From a virus: a DNA stretch of 40,048 nt. The stretch is from positions 1-40,048 of the IMG/VR virus record IMGVR_UViG_3300028599_000001; one strand, given 5' to 3'. Position 1 is the stretch's first letter. Each line of letters begins with the position of its first letter. Both the position numbers and the translations under genes were made by a program. The notes beneath the pieces are model-generated. The model was not told where the DNA came from, did no database searches, and saw nothing but the letters and a program-made list of their open reading frames with translations. Below, one piece after another: positions 34,601-40,048 of this stretch.

Positions 34601-34989
34601 TTGACTTCTTCAAAACTTGCACGGTCCTCAAACATGGGGCCCTCATTATCATCAATGAATTGTGGGGCTGGATCTTCACGATCATGAGGGTTGCTCTGCT
34701 GATATATTTTCCCAACAGTAAACTCTCCATGACAGTAAATGTGCTTTTCTACAAACCCCAAAAACCGCCACCCTGTTTGGGGTTCTTCTCCCCCAAGAAA
34801 AGGCTTGTAATCTTTCATGATTCGTTTAAACGCTGCTTTGATACATTCTTTCTTTTCATCAGAGAGAGGAAGTAGTTTGACCTTTTCGCTTATTTCAGGC
34901 TCTTCCTTCACCACTTCCGTGGTCGGTGTCACGATGTCGTTAGGCACAAGCCTAGCGAAGGGGTGTTCGTAGTCTATGGGTCGGTTCAT
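34597..34989 (-). CDS. Hypothetical protein (130 aa)
   Basis: ORF track. ATGA overlap with ninB. Confidence 0.5.
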   Translation of the reverse strand: MNRPIDYEHPFARLVPNDIVTPTTEVVKEEPEISEKVKLLPLSDEKKECIKAAFKRIMKDYKPFLGGEEPQTGWRFLGFVEKHIYCHGEFTVGKIYQQSNPHDREDPAPQFIDDNEGPMFEDRASFEEVK

Positions 34990-34991
34990 TG

Positions 34992-35255
34992 TTACCTCCT
35001 CAATCTGTCTTTCGTTTCTGCCAAAAGCGTTAAGTTTCTCTTGCGTTGTGCCTCATAGGCCTTACGTTGCTTGTGATAGACCTGAATCATATGTTTAACG
35101 CCTTCCTGATCGGGGTACTCTTCAATGTAAGGCTGTATCACTTTTATGCATTCCTCTGGGCTCTTGCCTTCCAAGAGACAATCGTTGTATTTCTCCTCGA
35201 TCTTTCTGGGCATGAGTTTGTAAACCATGTTTGCATATCTCCGGCCCTTTCCCAA
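34992..35255 (-). CDS. Hypothetical protein (87 aa)
   Basis: ORF track. Confidence 0.45.
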   Translation of the reverse strand: MGKGRRYANMVYKLMPRKIEEKYNDCLLEGKSPEECIKVIQPYIEEYPDQEGVKHMIQVYHKQRKAYEAQRKRNLTLLAETKDRLRR

Positions 35256-35449
35256 GATACCCCTAAAGGCAGAGCTTGGTACTTAGGTCCCCTATAATCC
35301 CATTATCCATACCTGTTAAGGCATCTTGGTCGGGGCTGACGGCCGGTAGGTCAGAACTCCCCTCTTGATTAACTACCGGTGTTTTACTTGCTTTCGGTCG
35401 GCAAGAGGGTTCTTGATCTCGGACAAAACCCTGTTAAAAAACGTCGTGA

Positions 35450-35902
35450 TCATAACCACGAATGAATTTTCCTATGACAACCCCGACAAAGCGGGATGAT
35501 GTTTAAATAGTGGTTTGTGCCACCGTTTTGTATTTCTACGATGTGGTGCCTATCTACTGCTTGCTCCTGGCAAACAAAGCAATTTGATTTCTTCGCTAAG
35601 TCCTTATGAAAATGCTTATTAAATTTACCTCTTTTCTCTTTCCTAACAGCATATTCTGGACGCTTTGCATTAAATGCTGAAAAATTTCTGAGAAGCGATA
35701 GTTTTTTCTCTGGTTCACTGCATTTGCCATTACAAACGCGTCGGCATAGCTTGCAATCAACAATGTTGAACTGCGACCAAAACAGCTCCAGATATTTGAC
35801 AGGACTGCTAGGCTTGGAAGCAAAATAAGCTTCTGCGTCCTCTCTGTTTTCTATTTTTTGCCACTTTCTCATAAATGCCAGACTTTTAACGTTGCGCGTC
35901 AA
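35450..35902 (-). CDS. HNH endonuclease (about 140-150 aa; track start is TTG, first ATG at 35872)
   Basis: C-terminal CFVCQ..DRHHIVEIQNGGTNHYLNIIPLCRGCHRKIH. Confidence 0.75.
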   Translation of the reverse strand: MTRNVKSLAFMRKWQKIENREDAEAYFASKPSSPVKYLELFWSQFNIVDCKLCRRVCNGKCSEPEKKLSLLRNFSAFNAKRPEYAVRKEKRGKFNKHFHKDLAKKSNCFVCQEQAVDRHHIVEIQNGGTNHYLNIIPLCRGCHRKIHSWL

Positions 35903-36038
35903 CGTACTTGAACAATGACCACATTTTCCAGGTCGTTGCCCGTAATTGTTCTATTCTCCGTTTCTGTGACTTAATCGTGGCTGCACGCTGTGCCAATTGG
36001 GCACGCAGGCTGACAACCTCTTTCTCAAGCTTGCTCAT
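35886..36038 (-). CDS. Small coiled-coil protein (50 aa if started at ATG 36038; the track ORF extends to 36182)
   Basis: MSKLEKEVVSLRAQLAQRAATIKSQKRRIEQL.. is a clean heptad sequence. The upstream part of the track ORF overlaps the 139-aa ORF. Confidence 0.35.
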   Translation of the reverse strand: MSKLEKEVVSLRAQLAQRAATIKSQKRRIEQLRATTWKMWSLFKYVDAQR

Positions 36039-36444
36039 GAATTTGTACTCGCTCTGCTGTCCGTTCCCATTTGGGTGACGGGCACAGATAATCCTGTACA
36101 TGTTTCGTGTGCAATGAGTCATGATGGATAAAGGTAACAGTGCGGCATTGGCGCCGGCGTGCTTGTTGCTGGTGGGCAACATTCATATATTTGACGTGGT
36201 CCCAGTTTTTACCAATAATCCACGCCGGTTTTTCAAAATATTTCCCACATCCACAAGCGCATTTTTTCTTTAACCGGGTTGATGACTGTGTTTTGCCCTG
36301 GCGTTCGTTATAATGGGCCTTAGCGCAGGCAGGAGAGCAATACCGTTGCCGTTTCCAGTTGATGTGTGAATAGTCCTCACGATAGAACGGCATATTGCAA
36401 GGCGGATAGGCACAGAACTTAAACTCAGGAATAGATTCAGCCAT
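36025..36444 (-). CDS. Zinc-ribbon protein with two C..C..(Y/H) modules (139 aa; C-terminal third uncertain)
   Basis: FCAYPPC..YCSPACAKAHYNERQ and KKCACGCGKYF..KYMNVAHQQQARRRQ repeated motif. Confidence 0.5.
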   Translation of the reverse strand: MAESIPEFKFCAYPPCNMPFYREDYSHINWKRQRYCSPACAKAHYNERQGKTQSSTRLKKKCACGCGKYFEKPAWIIGKNWDHVKYMNVAHQQQARRRQCRTVTFIHHDSLHTKHVQDYLCPSPKWERTAERVQIHEQA

Positions 36445-36589
36445 GGAATAACCCCTTTATTTTCTTACAGCACCACCGACATAAGCAGAAACCGAGACAG
36501 CTCAGCCCCATGATGATCAATATCCAGCCGGCTAGGATTTTCAGGATCATGTCGGGGTCAAAGGCCTCCAGAAATTCAATGCTAGGCAT
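36437..36589 (-). CDS. Small membrane peptide (50 aa, not in the track)
   Basis: MPSIEFLEAFDPDMILKILAGWILIIMGLSCLGFCLCRWCCKKIKGLFHG. Both ends overlap neighbouring genes. Confidence 0.45.
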   Translation of the reverse strand: MPSIEFLEAFDPDMILKILAGWILIIMGLSCLGFCLCRWCCKKIKGLFHG

Positions 36590-36779
36590 GGTCTTTCCTA
36601 GCTAATTGCTCATCGAAACTATTGAGTAATTCAGCCAATTGCTCGGCTTCACCCGCACCGATGATGGGGCCGTAATGGATAGGACGCATCCCGTCATCAC
36701 GTCCTTGCATATCCCAGATAGAGAAGACCTTAGCCCTGGCGGCAGTACTGTGATCTTCTTGGACTTGGAATCTAGCCAT
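36582..36779 (-). CDS. Hypothetical protein (65 aa)
   Basis: AAGGGGG upstream of ATG 36779. Confidence 0.5.
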   Translation of the reverse strand: MARFQVQEDHSTAARAKVFSIWDMQGRDDGMRPIHYGPIIGAGEAEQLAELLNSFDEQLARKDHA

Positions 36780-36851
36780 ATAACCCCCTTGAGTTATTGA
36801 ATCCCTGATCACAATAAGGAATACTCATTGGACTGACCTTGAGGGATTGGG

Positions 36852-36880
36852 TAAAAAAGACCCCAGCCACATAGCCGGGG
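36852..36880 (-). terminator. Rho-independent terminator immediately downstream of the cro-like gene (tR1-like)
   Basis: Minus strand CCCCGGCU-AUGU-GGCUGGGG (8 bp including 2 G-U pairs) followed by UCUUUUUUA. Confidence 0.65.
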
Positions 36881-36900
36881 ACAAAGGGAGGATAATCATG

Positions 36901-37119
36901 TCAGTCATAGAAAAACCTCAAAAGCTGCGTTGTCGTGAAATCACCGCGCCCTGCTTTGACCAATCCAGTGATCAGTTTCTTTTGCGGCGTCTTGCGTTTG
37001 GTCACGAGCCACAACCGGATGTATTCGTGGGTTGTGCCGGCCCGGGTAGCGAATTTCTTTCTATCGGCTAACGCTAATGAACTGTAATAACTACGAAAAT
37101 CGAATTTAGATTTAGACAT
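36901..37119 (-). CDS. Cro/YdaS-like HTH regulator (72 aa), possibly translated from a leaderless mRNA
   Basis: ..KKFATRAGTTHEYIRLWL.. HTH. Divergent from the CI-like gene. ATG lies 5 nt after the predicted -10. Confidence 0.6.
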   Translation of the reverse strand: MSKSKFDFRSYYSSLALADRKKFATRAGTTHEYIRLWLVTKRKTPQKKLITGLVKAGRGDFTTTQLLRFFYD

Positions 37120-37124
37120 GCACC

Positions 37125-37153
37125 TATGTACCATGGAGGTTCATAAATGTCAA
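37125..37153 (-). promoter_or_regulatory. PR-like promoter plus 21-bp operator (copy 2)
   Basis: Minus strand TTGACA-N17-TACATA. The spacer and -10 contain the inverted repeat TATGAACC-N5-GGTACATA. About 30 nt near-identical to 37794-37822. Confidence 0.6.
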
Positions 37154-37587
37154 TAGCAGGACAATATTGGGGAATACCCATGGAGGAAACAAAGGATTAT
37201 GCTCGCGCTCCCATGGATATAGCAGAAATAAGACGAAAAAATCTCATGTATCTTATCCAAACAGAATATGACGGCATTGCCCGTCAGTTTGGACTCGACG
37301 CTGAACTAGACCCTAGCTACGTCTCCCGTCTGTTTACCGATAAGCCAGCCTCTAGGCGTACTGTGGGCAGCAAACTCGCTCGCAAGATAGAAACTGCCAT
37401 TGGTAAGCCGAAAGGCTGGCTTGATAGTCCTCAGTGGGTGACAGAGCATGATGAAGACACGCTCTTGGTTAGTATTATTCAGGCTGTTGAAAACTCCACT
37501 AAAGACGTGGAATTAACCTCCGAGAAGAAAGCAGAATTGATCGCATCGTTGTATAAGTTGATCAGCAAGAAACGCCCCACTTCATAA
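37147..37587 (+). CDS. CI-like repressor (146 aa, no S24 peptidase domain)
   Basis: GGAGG 7 nt upstream of the ATG. ..PSYVSRLFTDKPASRRTVGSKLARKIETAIGKPKGWLD.. is a typical phage-repressor HTH region. Divergent from cro-like. Confidence 0.6.
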   Translation: MSIAGQYWGIPMEETKDYARAPMDIAEIRRKNLMYLIQTEYDGIARQFGLDAELDPSYVSRLFTDKPASRRTVGSKLARKIETAIGKPKGWLDSPQWVTEHDEDTLLVSIIQAVENSTKDVELTSEKKAELIASLYKLISKKRPTS

Positions 37588-37708
37588 CGACAAGCGCTGT
37601 CAGTACGGAAATTAGCGCATAACGCAGTAATTCACCCCACCGTAGAAATTCTGCCTTTTTTTTACCCTCCTTGATAATTTCTTCTACTTCCTTTTTTACG
37701 TCTTCCAC
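37562..37708 (-). CDS. Small tail-anchored membrane peptide (48 aa, GTG start, not in the track)
   Basis: AAAGGAGGAG 6 nt upstream of the GTG. MEDVKKEVEEIIKEGKKKAEFLRWGELLRYALISVLTALVVMKWGVSC. Its 3' end overlaps the CI-like gene by 26 nt (convergent). Confidence 0.5.
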   Translation of the reverse strand: MEDVKKEVEEIIKEGKKKAEFLRWGELLRYALISVLTALVVMKWGVSC

Positions 37709-37779
37709 TATCGGCTCCTCCTTTCGTGGCTCAAATTATTACCATATGCCCATAATTTGATTTGCGCAAGTATAAAATA

Positions 37780-37822
37780 TTGACAAAAGGATATTGACAG
37801 ATATGAACCTCTGTGGTACATA
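37780..37822 (+). promoter_or_regulatory. PL-like promoter plus 21-bp operator (copy 1), with a second upstream ATATTGACA
   Basis: TTGACA (37794-37799)-N17-TACATA (37817-37822) with TGG (a TGn extended -10) directly upstream. Operator TATGAACC-TCTGT-GGTACATA at 37802-37822. Extra TTGACA at 37780-37785. Confidence 0.6.
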
Positions 37823-37828
37823 TAGGGG

Positions 37829-38235
37829 TAGTGATGGTGATTTGTAGTTCCTGGCCTGGCGTTAAAGGCGAGAGTCAGCGCGGTAATCACCATCACTAGC
37901 GTGAACCGGTGGTGGAAGGCCCGAACGTAGCAGGCGATCAGCCCCAGTGGATTCACTCTCTCGACAGTTACGGACTTCGGAGACGCTCCGAGAGAGTTCC
38001 TGCAAGACTGGATCCAGGCAACTGGCCACCATCGGGGATCGCCCAGTTTATATAAGTGCCCGCCCCTCAACTGAACAGGGGCCAATCTGACAAAAGGGGG
38101 TGATCGAAATGCGAGGCGATTTACCGAAAGGCCTCTGGCAGTGAAAGAATTTATGACACAACCCGGTATCAAGTGGTGTGCAAACCTTTAATCGATGATG
38201 AGAATCGATAATGGGATACCGGGGGGTGTCACCCC
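37829..38235 (+). ncRNA. Roughly 400-nt GC-rich, highly structured non-coding RNA / 5' leader of the early-left operon
   Basis: No plus-strand ORF of 60 aa or more between 37588 and 38246. Perfect 14-bp helix 37829-37842/37885-37898, 9-bp helix 37955-37963/37989-37997, long-range helix 37933-37939/38037-38043, hairpins 38062-38082 and 38221-38235. Confidence 0.6.
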
Positions 38236-38249
38236 TATAGGAGAGAGTG

Positions 38250-38465
38250 ATGAACATGAATGATTTGATGGATCGCGGTAACAAGCTTGCGGAGAAATAT
38301 TCGGTTGATGAGCTTAAGAGTGCATTAAAGGATGCCCTTGCCATTGATGATAATGACGAAAGACTATCATTGCAATGGGCATTAAAGCAAAAAACTGGGA
38401 CCAAGGATGGGTATGCTTTTACTAAAGAGCAAGAAAGTAATCTAAATAAGAAACTTTCTATATAG
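38250..38465 (+). CDS. Hypothetical protein (71 aa)
   Basis: TATAGGAGAGAGTGATG initiation cassette. Confidence 0.55.
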   Translation: MNMNDLMDRGNKLAEKYSVDELKSALKDALAIDDNDERLSLQWALKQKTGTKDGYAFTKEQESNLNKKLSI

Positions 38466-38474
38466 GAGAGAGTG

Positions 38475-38771
38475 ATGGATTTAGGCAGCGCAATAAAATT
38501 ATGCCGCATAAGCCATAATATGAAGCAGGCACAGCTTGGTGAAATTGCTGATTGCGATGTTGCCTCTATCTCCCTAATCGAATGCAATAAACGTGACCCC
38601 AGTCTTTCTATGCTTATCAGTATTTCTAAAGCATTGGAAATGCCATTGAGTCTTTTGATATTCCTTGCATCCGATGAAACAGACCTAGCAGAAATTGATA
38701 AAGACACGATTGAGAAATTATCGTTTTCTGCCTTGAGATTAATAAAGCGAGGATCTGACCATGGACCCTAA
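38475..38771 (+). CDS. XRE-family HTH regulator (98 aa)
   Basis: Same TATAGGAGAGAGTGATG cassette. ..KQAQLGEIADCDVASISLIECNKRDPSLSMLISISKAL.. Confidence 0.65.
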   Translation: MDLGSAIKLCRISHNMKQAQLGEIADCDVASISLIECNKRDPSLSMLISISKALEMPLSLLIFLASDETDLAEIDKDTIEKLSFSALRLIKRGSDHGP

Positions 38772-39111
38772 CCAACAAGCCGCCTGTGATTACGATCTGT
38801 TGTCGCAAAAGGCCAGGCGCATCGCTGAGGAAGTCGCGGAACGTGCTGATGACCGTTTCCAATTCTTGGACAACCAAGATCTGGAAAGGGCGGCCAAGAA
38901 CGCCACAGTCATTACAGCACTCGGGCTGCGAAAGGCGATCCTTGAAATGAAAGCCGCCGAGAAAAGACACGATCCTGATGCCATGAGGCAAGCACAAATA
39001 GACCTTGCGCGTCTCGTGGTGGCGATGTTTTTCAGTTATTACGCTGAGGACGAGGAAGACTCAGTATTGCAGCATCCTCTCTTTGCTGGGCCAACACAAA
39101 CACCGGGGTGA
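38761..39111 (+). CDS. Hypothetical helical protein (116 aa)
   Basis: ORF track. 11-nt overlap with the XRE gene. Confidence 0.5.
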   Translation: MDPNQQAACDYDLLSQKARRIAEEVAERADDRFQFLDNQDLERAAKNATVITALGLRKAILEMKAAEKRHDPDAMRQAQIDLARLVVAMFFSYYAEDEEDSVLQHPLFAGPTQTPG

Positions 39112-39118
39112 GATAATT

Positions 39119-39319
39119 ATGTTTGTAGTTTTCATACTCACAAAAGAAATAGAAATATCTGTAGGTGGGGCAGTGCCAGAAACAACTGTAACTGTTCCAC
39201 TAAGATACGGTGACGGAATGATTGGCGCTCTACCAGTCTTTGAAACATTAGAGCAAGCAGAAGCTTACTCAGAGGGGAAATATCAGATCGAGGAAATACA
39301 AGCCGTATATCCAATTTGA
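39119..39319 (+). CDS. Hypothetical protein (66 aa)
   Basis: GGGGTGAG upstream of ATG 39119. The track ORF 39005-39319 extends upstream into the previous gene. Confidence 0.5.
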   Translation: MFVVFILTKEIEISVGGAVPETTVTVPLRYGDGMIGALPVFETLEQAEAYSEGKYQIEEIQAVYPI

Positions 39320-39336
39320 GATTATCGGAGGCACCA

Positions 39337-39504
39337 TGACCTACACCCAGCACTGCCGGCACTGGTTACTCAGCCAACACATTGACTGCTTGGCAAGAAA
39401 GGTCAGGCGCGCCCAGAAACGGAATGACAGGAAAGCACAGGAAGCGGCACAGCAAGACTATGCCGACAGACAGAGACAGTTATTGCATATGAGGCAAGAG
39501 TGAT
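39337..39504 (+). CDS. Hypothetical basic protein (55 aa, below the track cutoff)
   Basis: GGAGG upstream. MTYTQHCRHWLLSQHIDCLARKVRRAQKRNDRKAQEAAQQDYADRQRQLLHMRQE. Confidence 0.4.
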
Positions 39505-39832
39505 GACAGACATGAAATATAATATTTCATATAGAGAAGCAATGGAGCTTTACAAAAAGTATCCCAAAAAGGGTGGCAATTTATATGAAGAGCGCGATAT
39601 TGATGGGCAAGGCCAGTTTTATACTGACCATGTTATGGCTATGACCTCAGAAGACTTACGGTCGAAGTCGATGATAGCGGCAGAACTCGCTTATAGAGAT
39701 ATTGTTATTGCTCAAGCGTTTGATGACGTAGAAACCTTCTATAAGGAAGCCGAACGATTGAAAAACAAAGTTGAAGAACTGGCAATGGAGCTGGCCCAGG
39801 CCCAGAAAATTGCCTTGGATGGACCACAGTGA
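39503..39832 (+). CDS. Hypothetical protein (109 aa)
   Basis: ATG overlaps the preceding stop (GTGATG). ORF track. Confidence 0.5.
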   Translation: MTDMKYNISYREAMELYKKYPKKGGNLYEERDIDGQGQFYTDHVMAMTSEDLRSKSMIAAELAYRDIVIAQAFDDVETFYKEAERLKNKVEELAMELAQAQKIALDGPQ

Positions 39833-39843
39833 ACAATAACGCA

Positions 39844-39862
39844 CCCCGCCCTAGTGGCGGGG
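39844..39862 (+). other. GC-rich hairpin between early genes (attenuator/processing-site candidate)
   Basis: CCCCGCC-CTAGT-GGCGGGG, 7-bp perfect stem, no U-tract after it. Confidence 0.4.
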
Positions 39863-39892
39863 CATAACAAGGGGTAAAACAGGAGAGAATCT

Positions 39893-40048
39893 ATGTTCAA
39901 TAAGCCAATTCTTAGTACCGACCTAAAGCACCCAGGCGTATTACGCCGTGATCTGAACACCCTTGGTCATGAAAATAAGTATCTATCTGATCGAGTTACT
40001 GTGCTGGAAAAGCAGCTCAAATTATTATTGGTGCATCTTTCACTGGAA
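39893..40048 (+). CDS. 5' part of a junction-spanning small ORF (71 aa once circularised, continues as 128-184)
   Basis: AGGAG 7 nt upstream of ATG 39893. The frame runs through the repeat and stops at TAA 182-184. Confidence 0.5.
   Translation, partial: MFNKPILSTDLKHPGVLRRDLNTLGHENKYLSDRVTVLEKQLKLLLVHLSLE
39922..40048. repeat. Second copy of the 127-nt terminal repeat
   Basis: Identical to 1-127. Confidence 0.97.

Noticed and set aside
36847-37071. Plus-strand 74-aa ORF overlapping the cro-like gene
   Set aside because: It is antisense to an HTH-containing ORF that fits the divergent CI/Cro layout, and it spans the intrinsic terminator sequence.
38062-38100. Lambda/P22-type nut site (boxA/boxB) in the leader
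   Set aside because: GCCCCT-caactgaac-AGGGGC and the nearby CTGACAAAAG only loosely resemble boxB sequences, there is no boxA consensus (CGCTCTTA), and no N-like protein is seen. Not claimed.
37708-38707. Long minus-strand track ORFs 37708-38172 (154 aa) and 38048-38707 (219 aa)
   Set aside because: The first lies antisense to the structured GC-rich leader, and its translation is Arg/Pro/His-rich with no motifs. The second is antisense to two well-supported plus-strand genes that have strong RBS cassettes. Both are treated as non-coding shadows.
1-40048. CRISPR array, integron or transposon structures
   Set aside because: No regularly spaced repeats of 24-40 nt with unique spacers were seen, and no transposase, integrase or terminal inverted repeats. 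The only repeat arrays are the GGTTTC hexamers and short duplicated initiation cassettes.

Overview
The window appears to be a complete tailed-phage genome. The first 127 nt (1-127) are identical to the last 127 nt (39922-40048), so the unique length is about 39,921 bp, and one small ORF reads across the junction. No integrase, replication initiator, helicase, primase, DNA polymerase or complete tRNA is recognisable. Spanins, lipoboxes and an E. coli-type SSB tail point to a Gram-negative host.

Gene blocks:
- Plus-strand early block (37147 through the junction to 3415): CI-like repressor, a roughly 400-nt structured non-coding leader, an XRE regulator, an SSB-like protein ending in DDDIPF, a DEDDy 3'-5' exonuclease, and small unknown proteins.
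- Minus-strand late block (29450 down to 3447): P22-like morphogenesis genes, namely TerS-like, TerL, portal, scaffold, P22-type coat, gp4-like adaptor, gp10-like hub and three ejection-protein-like genes. It also carries two fibre genes and a lysis cassette (M15 endolysin, holin, i/o-spanins).
- Plus-strand moron cassette (29628-30672): KorA-like regulator, lipoprotein alpha/beta-hydrolase and a small membrane peptide.
- Minus-strand lambdoid early/nin block (37119 down to 31416): Cro-like protein, HNH endonuclease, NinB, NinG/Rap, many small zinc-ribbon or membrane proteins, and a Q-like antiterminator.

Most unusual points:
1. A GC-rich, highly base-paired roughly 400-nt RNA leader sits behind a strong promoter. 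That promoter-operator is duplicated at the cro-like promoter.
2. A roughly 6.7-kb insertion of six genes (four large beta-rich proteins with shared domains) lies between portal and scaffold.
3. A glycosyltransferase-methyltransferase fusion lies inside the head/neck module.
4. A phased GGTTTC repeat array lies upstream of the late operon.
5. A chain of translationally coupled small genes, including two tandem paralogs, lies between terL and portal.

All functional calls rest on motif recognition by eye; no searches were run.
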